Shown here one piece after another: positions 26,705-37,884 of a stretch of 64,000 nt of DNA; the stretch's first letter is position 1, and every line of letters begins with the position of its first letter. Made by a program: the position numbers and the translations under genes. The notes under the pieces are model-generated. The model had not been told where the DNA came from. It made no database searches and saw nothing but the letters and a program-made list of their open reading frames with translations. The DNA is taken from contig NC_089429.1 of assembly GCF_026210795.1 (NCBI RefSeq), positions 4,154,001 through 4,218,000 of the forward strand, written 5' to 3'. This DNA comes from Rhizophagus irregularis. Lineage: Eukaryota.

Positions 26705-29700
26705 ATGAGTAACTATAAAGACTATGATGTTTCCTTAATTTCAGTGGGAGTTATTAATACAGAATTACATTTTGGACCCTTTTCATGCTATTGGTGGGTA
26801 ACTTGTAATAAGGAAACGGAGCTTCTAGTTCCAATTCGTTTGCATATGAAGACAATGACCTTTTTAAAGGGGTATAATTTTGTTATAACAGTTGTAAAGG
26901 GTAATAGAGAACATTCTGAATGGCCGGGATATCTTTGTGACTGTGGGGAATTTTATACTGACGAACCAAGTATTTCTAGTACGAACGCAATATCTACCGT
27001 TTATCAGAAAATGTTCCGCAATAAAACCAAATTTTCTGGTCCCTTAATAATGGGATTTGATAAACCAACTATTTATGAAAAACTACTGGAAGAAGTTCCA
27101 TTTCGTCCATATTTTGTTAACCTTGAGTTAGTACATGTTTTTGTGTTTGGAATTGCAAAATCCAAGAATAGTCAATGGGGATATGCCGGAGTTGGGTTTA
27201 AGTCAAGTTTTTTATTTCAATTAGAAAAACAGCGTTGTTTATTTCTTCAAGAATTTGAAGATGATACATGCAAAGTAACTATAATGCAAAAAACACAAAT
27301 TAAAAAAATATATTATGAAAGTACGCCTGACTTAGTATGGGAGAAAGTTTTTAGCGAACAAGTAAAATCCGCAAAGTTGATCGAATTGATGAAACTTACT
27401 GGAAGAACACTATATGGAATTGAAAATAATTTGTCACAAGAATTAATTCATGCTGCACCTTCTTGTTCATTAAATGAATGGGATGATGATATTCTTATAG
27501 AAAAAATTTTTTCTTATTATCTTAAGAGACGAACTAGTAATCATGTGGATTTGCATAATTTTTTAGACGAATGGCGGCAACAGGGAACGATAATTGAATT
27601 ACATAGCAATTTAAAGCAGTTATATCCTATTGACCATCAACTAAGTGAACGTGAATTAAATGCATGGAGAATGATTCTTCGCAACATAGGATGTCATAAT
27701 ATAACTCCATTTTTAAAACAGGAATCAAAGGTAAAAATAAAGAAAATACGATTTCTAAATAAAAAAATTTTCTAATTGAATAATTTATTATTGTAGTATG
27801 AATTTTGGACTAGATCCCCACATTCTAATATTGAACAAAATGCATTGAAGCAATTACATGAACTTGGGTTTTTATTAAAACGACCAATGGATTCTGAAAA
27901 TTTTTGGAGTTGTTTTCAAAAAAGTTTAACAGTTAATAAAAAGGGGATCAATGGAAAACAAAGAATACTATCGATAATAGCAGATGATTTCAAATATGAT
28001 GAATTGCACAAACAATTATCGGTAATTATTAGTGATAATAATAAATATTGATTTTTAAAATTATTACTAAATTATTTTCATATCAGGTTTCAAATGATTT
28101 GATATCAAGAGCACGCAAGCATTGTCGCCTATACGGACCTGGCAATTCTTCAATGAAAAAACCTTCTTTTACACGTGAAAGACTACCTATTGAAAAAATA
28201 CAGGAATTTGAAAACTTTATTAGTGATAAGGCGCATGTGATTATGAGCTCATATAAAACAGATAGTAAAACTGGTGCGCCAGTTAAATACCTCCGTGATA
28301 CAAAACAAACACTTTGGGAAAAATTTCATGCTGAATTTCCTGATGGAATTCGTCGCACAACCTTTATGACTAAGTTACAAGGAAATGAATATGTATATAA
28401 AGAAGATTTAGGCGGCCTATGTTCAACCTGTAGCAGATATGGATACGAAATATTTGATGATATAAGAAAACTTATTGAAAGTAAGATTTCAGATATTTTA
28501 ATAAAGGTGAGTCTTACCTAACAAAATCATTTCTGTATATATTTATATTAACACCAAATTATTTTATCATTTCAGAAACAACTTCTTAATGATTTGGAAA
28601 AACTACAACGATTTTTAAAGCGAGACTATGAAAAAAATCTAGATATCAGTGATAAAGGGACAACAAAGCACAATTCATGTATTAGTTATTGTTTGCTATG
28701 GGCATTTGGAGTTTGTACAGAGCAACATACACATGCATCAGAAGAATGTGCAAAATTATTTACCCTTTTTAAACATCTTAAAAATCAACTTTCTATGGAC
28801 TTGCATGAAGATCTTGATGAGTATCAGAATCATCTATTGTACTTTCTTGCTCATCAAGCCCGTAAGGTTTATTTGAACGCCCAATTTAATGCTAATTTAC
28901 TTGAATTAGATGAAAATGGTGCTGTATTAGTGGTTGATTATAAAATGAAAATACTTCCCAAAAGTTCTAGAGAAACAAAAGCAGAATTTTTTGGAAAAAA
29001 AGGTTGGACCTTACATTCAATTCTTATGTATACCAAAAAACTAGGTTCTCAAAAGCTTGATATCCATGCTTACGATCATTGGTCAATGGATGCACGTCAG
29101 GACTCATGGTTTACAGCTTCATCACTTCACGCTGTGATTGAATCATTGGAGAATAAACCAAAATGGATCATAATTATTTCGGATAATGGTCCACACTACC
29201 ACAATGCTAATCTAATGATGATATTAGGACATTGGTTAGATTGGTATCAAATAAATGTAAAGAAGTGGGTATTTTTGGAGGCGGGGGAAGCAAAAACAAC
29301 TATTGACAGTCATCATGCTCAGGTATTAAGAAAAAAATTTCTGCTTGTATTATGAGCCTCTAATAATTTTTTCAAATTTTCGATAGATTACCCATGCTAT
29401 TAAGCGTCAAGTACGTCTTGGATTAGATATAATGGAAGGTGTTGACATTGAGACTGCAATTAGAGAAATTCAAGGAACATCTGTTGCACATTTAGAACCA
29501 AATCGGACAAGAGGTAAATTTAAAACCAAGAAAAAAATAAAAAAATCTAATATTGACCTACGACCTACTTCATTTGTTTAGACCAAAATAAAAAAGCAAA
29601 AAATACACTTCCCGGTAATTCTAATTTATTTGAATGGACCTGGCCAGGAGATGGACCAATGGAAGGATATATTCTTGGTCGAGAAGTTCCAAATATTGGG

Positions 29701-30714
29701 GAGTGGACACAATTTTCACCGGCACGGATAGCTAATTTGCAAAAAAACAAAATCGAGATTCCAAAGCCTACAGTATCAGCTCATACAGTTCCAAAAAGTC
29801 AATGGATTGTTTCTATGCCAAATACATCAGGTAAATTTTTCGTCTCCCGTCATTATTTTTCGTCTCCCATCATTATTTTTCATTATTTTTCGTCTCCCAT
29901 CATTATTTTTCATTATTTTTCGTATCCCATCATTATTTTTCGTCTCCCATACATCTTGTGGAAATAGACTACAGCCACAAGAAGTAAGAGTTCACGAATG
30001 GATCCAAAATAAATTATACCCTCAGTTCATTTTATATTTATCTAATCACCACTTTCTTTCAATTTAGGTATTGATCCCAAAAGATTGACGAAAGAACAAT
30101 TATCATTAGAATTGACAAAACGAAAAATAAATGTTGTCAAAACTGCTAAAAGAGATGAGTTGATTAGAGAATTAGAACTTGCCATAACCAACAATATAGA
30201 AATAATACAAGGTAAAGAAAATGTTTATAAGAAATTCAAAAAAAAGGCGTCTGACCTTATTTTTTTATTTTATTCAAAGATACTTCTGATGCCTCTGAAG
30301 AAAAAGGTGCTTCTGAAGAAAAAGAAAATACAAATATTATATGGTAAATAAATTTGTTTTAAAAGTATGCAATAATATATAAGAAACTCACATTTCAGTA
30401 GTAATTCCTTCCAAGATTTTCCCTTAGAGTCTGGATGGGCGCTAAAAAGCAAGCAAAAATATGGCAAGAGAGGGAGTGGAAAGCGTCTATCTAAAAGGGT
30501 ATGGAAAATTTTAGAGGAATATTTTTTAGAAGGTGATGTTGATAAAAGTAAAAGATATACCGCCGCAACTATGTTAGAAAGTCTAAAGAAAAAAGTTGAA
30601 GGAGGAGAATTGGGGGACGATGAGATTCCAAAATTACAAACTGTTCAAAGTTGGATTTCCCGTTATTCAGCACAGCACCGTCAAAAAATGGCAGAAATAC
30701 CTCTCAATAAATAA
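26705..30714 (+). CDS. Sola3-like DDD transposase, about 9 exons, no stop seen
   Basis: VDYKMKILP..RE...FFGKKGWTLH, SDNGPHYH, EAGEAKTTIDSHH and C-terminal GWALK...YFLEG...QSWISR; exons join through GT-AG introns. Confidence 0.8.
29836..29950. repeat. Short tandem repeat (TTTTCGTCTCCCATCATTATT-type units) inside a transposase intron
   Basis: Five CGT(C/A)TCCC cores spaced 20-30 bp apart. Confidence 0.85.
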
Positions 30715-30890
30715 ATAGTTTAGCAAATATAACGTGAAATAACGTGAAATAATGAAATAAAAATAGTTTTATAATAAATATATATAAAAATGGCAGAAAT
30801 GTCTGTCAATAAATAAATAATTTTGGCAAATATAACGTGGAATAACGTGAAATAACGAAATAAAAATAGCTTTATAATAAATATATAAAG
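30684..30890. repeat. ~102-bp tandem duplication spanning the transposase stop codon
   Basis: AAAAATGGCAGAAAT...AACGTGAAATAA...ATAATAAATATATA occurs twice. Confidence 0.85.
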
Positions 30891-31776
30891 AAAATTTTGA
30901 AAAAAACACGAAACCGAAATTCTACATTGTTGAAAATGAAGGCTCAAAATAGCCCAGAATCCGCCTTCCTCTCAAAGTAAAGTTGCGAAAAATTATCAGA
31001 AAAAAATAATCTTTGATATAGTGTGAAAATATGGGTTATGATTACCATAATTAACTAGTAAAATTGTTATGTGATCATGTGTCAAACGATTTTTTTAATA
31101 ATATAAAAAATGCAATTTTATTGATCGACTAATGATCTACATAAAATTCCCTAATAAATTTCTCCGATTGTTACACGGATCACGAATTAAGAAAGTTAAT
31201 TACATTAACAACCAATACGAAAAATTTGGAAAGGTTTTTAAATTTAAATAGAAATGATAAGTATAGAAAATGTAAAATAGATTGGTCAATTTTTTTTAAT
31301 AATTTTTTGGGAGAAAAACAAAAATTATACACTGATTTCAAAGAATCAAAAATTAGAAGACGCAAAATTCAGTTGATGATTGAAGAACTTCCTTGCATTG
31401 AACAAATTAAAAGAACTTTATTTTCATTATATAAAGAAAGGTTTTGTCCTATGTGTGAAGAGGATGAAGAAGATTTCAATCATATCTGGTTTTGTGAAGA
31501 AAGATGAGAGGATATGGATGATTTAATTTCAGGAGTACAAAATTGGCTTCTTTTAGAAATTAATAAAATTTTAGATCCTATTAATCATATTACTCTTGAA
31601 CATATTAAAAATCTCAATGATATTTGGAAACTTGAAGTATCAGAGGATCACATAACTTTCATAGATTTAATTAAAGGTTTCTTTCCTTATTCGTTAATTA
31701 ATTTTTTTAAACAATTATTATCTACGAAATCAAAAGTTGAAATTTTGTCATATAATTTTAGGAATGAAATTTTGGA

Positions 31777-32073
31777 AGGACCCCGGATATCTCCAAAACA
31801 GGTCATAAGTCACACTTTCGGCAGATTGGCCCATTTTTCAGGGGCTCAAAAAATCGTTTTTTGTAAATATCTTGGCATCCAGTGGTCCAATTTTGATGAA
31901 CTTTTTTTTAAATTGTAGAGCTAAATGAGGGCTACAAAATAAAAAATAGTTCATTAAAATTGAATTACTGGATGCTGAGATATTTACAAAAAACGATTTT
32001 TTGAGTTTCAGCAAAAAGGGGTGTTTTTGGCCAAAAGTCCATTATGACCTTTATATTAGATATCCGGGGTCCT
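31777..32073. mobile_element. 297-bp MITE, TIR AGGACCCCGGATATCT, 8-bp TSD ATTTTGGA
   Basis: TSD at 31769-31776 and 32074-32081; loosely palindromic interior. Confidence 0.92.
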
Positions 32074-32459
32074 ATTTTGGATAAATCTATGATTTTTTGG
32101 AAAGTGAGGTGTAATAAACTTAATGAAATTGATAGAGGTTTGGGAATTGATAAAAATGTTAAAAAACAACATTTTGGTAAAGAGCAGTTTATTGACAAAA
32201 CACGTAAATCAAAAAATAAGAAATACTTTAATCTACAAAGTCTTCAAAGTCATAATTATTTTGGGGGTACACAGGTCGAACAGATGTCATTGTCGCAAAA
32301 TTTGCCTGGAATTTTTCTGGCAAATTGAGAATTATCCCGGTAAATTAGGGTAAATTGTGTTACAATTTTGGGATAATGGAGGTCTTACAATTTGGCAAAT
32401 TTTGTCAAAATGGCGGAATTCCTACAGAATTCCTAATTCAAATGTTGAGAAATTTTTCA

Positions 32460-33230
32460 GTAAACTATCATTAAATTGTGGGAAATTTTAGGCAAATCTT
32501 TAGTAATGATATGCAAACGAAGTGCAAATTGTGGTGAATTTTGTTAAATTTTTAGTAATTTTATGCAAACGTAATGCAAATTGTGGTAAATTTAGTTAAA
32601 TTTTTAGTAATGTTATGTAAACGAAGTGCAAATTGTGGTGAATTTAGTTAAATTTTTAGTAATTTTATGCAAACGTAATGCAAATTGTGGTGAATTTAGT
32701 TAAATTTTTAGTAATGTTATGTAAACGAAGTGCAAATTGTGGTGAATTTAGTTAAATTTTTAGTAATTTTATGCAAACGTAATGCAAATTGTGGTAAATT
32801 TAGTTAAATTTTTAGTAATGTTATGTAAACATAATGCAAATTGTGGTGAATTTAGTTAAATTTTTAGTAATTTTATGCAAACGAAGTGCAAATTGTGGTG
32901 AATTTAGTTAAATTTTTAGTAATGTTATGTAAATGTAATGCAAATTGTGGTGAATTTTGTTAAATTTTTAGTAATTTTATGCAAACGTAATGCAAATTGT
33001 GGTGAATTTAGGTAATGCTATGCAAACGAAGTGCAAATTGTGGTGAATTTTAGGCAAATTTTTAGTAATTTTATGCAAACGTAATGCAAATTGTGATGAA
33101 TTTAGTCAAATTTTTAGTAATTTTATGCAAACGAAGTGCAAATTGTGGTGAATTTAGTTAAATTTTTAGTAATGTTATGCAAACGTAATGCAAATTGTGC
33201 TGAATTTAGGTAAATTTTTAGTAATGATGC
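32460..33230. repeat. 52-bp subterminal tandem array (~14 copies)
   Basis: ATGCAAACGTAATGCAAATTGTGGTGAATTTAGTTAAATTTTTAGTAATTTT-type units. Confidence 0.95.
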
Positions 33231-33384
33231 CAAATTTACCAAATTTGAAATAAAAATTGTCAAAAATATTACATATATTTTGATATTTATTATATAATCC
33301 ATTAATATCCCTACATATTCTTCCTACACCCTTACTGTTCTTTTTCTTTTTCTTTTGAGGTTCTCTTAGGAACATTATCATGAA

Positions 33385-33539
33385 TATACTTTTCGTCAAA
33401 ATGACAAAATACTAATTAAATTTATTTTGACAGACGTAATGTATTTTGACAGACGTAATTAATTCATAGTAATTTTATAATAAATAGTGAATTGGTCCGT
33501 TCACCGAAATATGACGTAATTAATTAGCGGAGAAGTATA
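33385..33539. mobile_element. 155-bp MITE, TATACTT termini, 8-bp TSD ATCATGAA
   Basis: TSD at 33377-33384 and 33540-33547; removing it restores EHIHDNVPKR. Confidence 0.8.
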
Positions 33540-33996
33540 ATCATGAATATGTTCCTGTTCTTGGGACGATGGTTTGGATGATGATTTTTTATTTGTTTTT
33601 TTCGATTGATCACGCATGTTGTCAATAACTTCCTGCAATTCATCAAGTGCTTCGTTGTTTTTGTTTGTGGATTTTTTATTTTTTGAAATTCTTTTTGATG
33701 ATCGTGTTTGTTGAGAAGTTTTCCGTGATGATGGGGATTTTTGCAGTGGTAATGGTGGGTTTTTGGAAGATTGTTTAGATCGTTTGTTTGATCGTCATCC
33801 CGATGTCTGTGATAATGACGTTTCCTCTTGCTCCAGCTTGTTTGCCTCATCCTCACCCTCTTCTTCTTCATCAGATTCAGCATTTATATCTAATTTATCG
33901 ATGTTGAGACCTTAAAAGAAAAATTTAAAAAATTTTCTAAAAATTCCGTTCCATAAAAAAAAAAAGAGAACGGTAATACTCAATTACCATAACTTT

Positions 33997-34359
33997 CTTT
34001 ACTAAAAATGGCCAATTTTTTGAAATATTTTTATAGACCTAGATACAATGGCTTTCAAAACAATTGTGCAATTATTTTGTAAAATTTTTAAAATATATCA
34101 AGATATATTTAAGGTATTTTTGAGATTAAAATATTAAAATAATATCAAAGTTAATTATATTATAATAATAAAATAATAACAAAAACATTAAAAAATTATT
34201 GTGATATTATTTTGAGTTATTTTTATAGACCTAGATACAATACAATTACAAAATAATAGCAAAAATATAATAAAAACATTTTGATGTATTAAATGTATTT
34301 TTGTAGTATTTTAAAATTATTACAAAATCATTTCAAAAAATTGGCCATTTTTAGTAAAG
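33997..34359. mobile_element. 363-bp MITE, 30-bp TIR CTTTACTAAAAATGGCCAATTTTTTGAAAT, 2-bp TSD TT
   Basis: Perfect TIR; removing it restores the QSQQSQQSY repeat; internal direct repeat TTTTATAGACCTAGATACAAT. Confidence 0.9.
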
Positions 34360-35989
34360 TTGTTGACTTTGTTGACTTTGTTCCTTCTCTTCACTCTCCG
34401 ATTCCGACTCATCATCTGATTCTTCGTCAATAAATTTATGGACTGAGGGAGATTCTCGCTTTCCGTCTTTAAGTGTCCACCAAATTAAATTTGGTGGTGC
34501 TTTCTTATTTTTCCAAAATTCATCTTTAAGGATACGAGGACGTACTCTCTTATTTTCTGGAAAATATTTTTCCACGTACTCGTCAATTGAATGTAGAAGG
34601 TTCGTTAACTAAAAATAAACGTGTATTAGAAATAGATAAACTTCTGTTGTTTTTGAGGTTTGGCATTTTTCCAAAATTCGAAAGCATGCAAGGAAATTGA
34701 TATGTCGAGATTTGGCGAAACCAGAAGCACCAATCACGTATTGATAAAGACATTTTAGTGTCACTGCGCATAAACAAAATGAATTGTCTGACTTACTTCA
34801 TCAGATCTCCATGATAATTTGTAAACAAAAAGGTTTTTGCGGTCTGTGGATGCGTTTGGATCATTCTCCGGATCACTCTCTTCAGGAGAGTGGTATTTGT
34901 TCTTGTTTAATATTTCATTAATATCCTTGATCCCGCGTTTTTTAAAAGATTTTCGATAATCGGGGTGATTCTTCATGGCTAATGCGCCCTTCATCCTTCG
35001 TTCCCATTTCTGAAATTAAAATAACTATTATTAATTTTCAATATTACCTAAAAATTTGGAACTTGATTAACTTACTTCTGATAAACGGTTGATTATATGG
35101 CTCATTATTTTTTTTTGTTTTATTTCTGCCTCGTTCAGCTGGCTTTCTTTCCATTTACGTTGGCCATTTTTATGCAAATCCGAGAACACATCCCGAACTA
35201 TACTTAATGTTGCATGAATACCACATTGTTCAAGAAGTGATTGGATACGGGGGATTAGATCCTTTTCCAATTGTGGTGCAATCTCGCCGAACTTCTTCGT
35301 ATAATCGATGGGAATTTCATTGATTTTTGCGCTACGAATTAGAATTTTAATTTCGTTCTATAAAATGAAAATTGATAAAATTAATGAGTTTAAACGTCAC
35401 ATAAATAATAAAAATATACCAAAACAAACTTTTATTTCTTTTCGATGCTTCTTATTATATTGTTTTTGTGCTGTCTCTTGCAACGAATGTAGATTTTTTT
35501 CAGGGATATATTCCTCATTGTCTTGTTTATCAAGTTCATCTTCGTCATCGTAATCATCAACCTGAATATATTCTATTTGTCGATTTTGTCGTGAACGTTC
35601 TTGTGAGTTCAGAGAACGCTCCAGCATTCGCGTTATTTGCCTGAACCCAGTGGACATTTGTTCTTGAATTGACGACATTCCCCGTTCAAGTCGTGAAATA
35701 CGTTCTTAATGTACAAAAAAAATAGTAATTTTTAAATTAAGTTTGCTATTTAATCAAAATTTCGAATGATCTGCCAAATTATCTGCCAAAACGTAAATTA
35801 TCTTTGCTGAAACTTGGAGTTTACAATCGATATTGATTAGATATCGCAATGATATCATTACGATATCATTACGATATTTTGATAAAAAATAGATTCGACG
35901 TCATTAAGTTAGTCGTAACTGTATTTAATCGACATTGATTAGTTCGATATCTCTGCGATATCGCTGCGATCATTATGCGATGTAAATAT

Positions 35990-36635
35990 TATCACGTAAC
36001 CACATCGTAGTGATGTCGTATTAACATTGAATTAATATTACAAAAATATTTGACATTTATTTGATATCGTAACTATATCGTAGTGATATTGTATTAACAT
36101 TGACAAAATATTTGACATTTTATTTGATATCGTAACCACATCGTAGTGATATAATATTAACATCGAATTAATATTGCAAAAATATTTGACATTTTATTTG
36201 ATATCGTAACCACATCGTAGTGATGTCGTATTAACATTGAATTAATATTACAAAATATTTGACATTTTATTTGATATCGTAACCACATCGTAGTGATATC
36301 ATATTAACATCGAATTAATATTGCAAAATATTTGACATTTTATTTGATATCGTAACCACATCGTAGCCATATCGTAGTGATATCATATTAACATCGAATT
36401 AATATTGCAAAAATATTAAAAATATTTTACATCTATTTGATATCGTAACCACATCGTAGTGATGTCATATTAACATTGAATTAATATTACAATTTTATTT
36501 GATATCGTAACTACATCATAATAATATCATATTAATATCGAATTAATATTACAAAAAATGTTTTACATTTATTTAATATCATAACTACATCGTAATGATA
36601 TTATATTAACACTGAATTAACATCACAAAAATATT
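35990..36635. repeat. ~73-74-bp subterminal tandem array (~9 copies)
   Basis: TTGATATCGTAACCACATCGTAGTGAT...TTAACAT units. Confidence 0.92.
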
Positions 36636-37884
36636 TTTATTGTAATATATGTTTATTATTTATTATACATTAATAATAATAATTTTTTATTAGTGGATTA
36701 TTATGGGTGAGTGGAGTACGTTTCTTTTCTTCCTTTTTTTTTTATTCTTTTCTTCTCTTTTTTGTTCTTTTCTTCTCTTTTTTATTTTTTTCTTCTCGTA
36801 TGTGAGTGGATGGATACGTCATTTTCAATTTTAAAATATATATATATATATATATAAAAAATAAAAAAAACAATCATGATTAATAAAATGTACTCTTTGT
36901 AAAATATATTTAAAATTTAATACATAACCTTGGAATAATAGTTAGAGCAGGTAATTCCGGGATTTTGTAAAGAATAATAAAAATGATAATATTTTTAAGT
37001 TAGTTCTTTCTTTAAATTTTTTTTGAAAGTGGTTTGTTTCTTAAAATCATAATATTGTAAAAAAATGCTGGTTGCTACGACTGACAGATAACGACAAATT
37101 GTCAGGCTACCCCAGACAAAGTAATTGGAAGGCGGAAAATGCCATAAATATCCAGCCCTATTTTACAACATTTTCTTCCAGGCTAAAGCAAATATTACAA
37201 AAGAAATTGCAAATATATTTAACAAGCAATAGATACATGGCCGTTGAAAAATATATTCACATTTATACCACAGTCTAACAAAAAAATACTCAAACCACAA
37301 CATATTGTAAAAAAAATATGAAAAATACGCGTATATCCTATTTTTATACCTTGCTTAACAGCTCCACTATTTATTTAAAAAACGGCTTTTTTCTCTTTTG
37401 TATGTGGGTAGGTGGGTACATTTTTCCTTTCTTTTATTCTTTTCTTTCGTATGTGAGTGGCGGGTACATTTTCTTTTCTTTATTCTTGCTTTTATTCTTG
37501 CTTTTTGTATGTGGGTGTCTTACTAGTTACTATGTTGAATATATAAACTAAAGTGTCCCAAAGTATTGTTAATATTGTAAAAAGATAATATAAGTATACT
37601 TTAAAAAGAAAAAAGAAGAGACGAACTAAAATACCGTAAAGTATTAATATAAAAGATAAGAGAAAAGCGTATTTTTGAAAATAAACAAAAAAAATCTCAT
37701 TAATAAACGCGAATTTTAGCTATTTTTAGTTATCACATGCATGATATCACATGCATGTAATTAAAGTAATTTTAATTGGTTAATTTTAATTTATTATTAC
37801 ATCATGCATATGATTTTATTGGTTAAAATTTTATACGATACAAATTAAAATAATTATTTTATTATATTTATATAATTAATATAA

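Larger units (their letters stand above)
26582..31186 (+). mobile_element. Complete Sola3-like DNA transposon, TIR TTCGTGATCC(A/G)TGTAACAATCGGAGAAA, TTAA TSD
   Basis: TTAA at 26578-26581 and 31187-31190; ~28-bp TIR with one mismatch; the empty site restores the host frame. Confidence 0.9.
26266..32269 (+). mobile_element. 5'-truncated non-LTR retrotransposon (RNase H C-terminus plus Cys/His knuckle), interrupted by two insertions
   Basis: FKVNAH...NNYVN (RNase H); frame IVIEKSLRKLI restored across the Sola3-like insertion; CPMCEEDEEDFNHIWFC; NEILDKSMIFWKVRC restored across the MITE. Confidence 0.85.
32270..35706. mobile_element. Second CACTA-type element remnant (left end plus accessory gene; transposase lost)
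   Basis: Starts CACAGGTCGAACAGATGTCA (compare CACCGGTCAAATGATGACA at 9722), followed by a subterminal repeat array and a homologous accessory gene. Confidence 0.7.
33332..35706 (-). pseudogene. Accessory protein (YHSPEES...LSWRS), 5' truncated, with two MITE insertions
   Basis: ORF pieces 35397-35678, 35067-35270, 34761-34994, 34351-34575 and a last exon ending ...KEKKKEQ*. Confidence 0.7.

Noticed and set aside
32460..33230. Regular repeat arrays (also 35990-36635) as CRISPR
   Set aside because: Units are contiguous with no unique spacers, there are no cas genes, and the context is eukaryotic.
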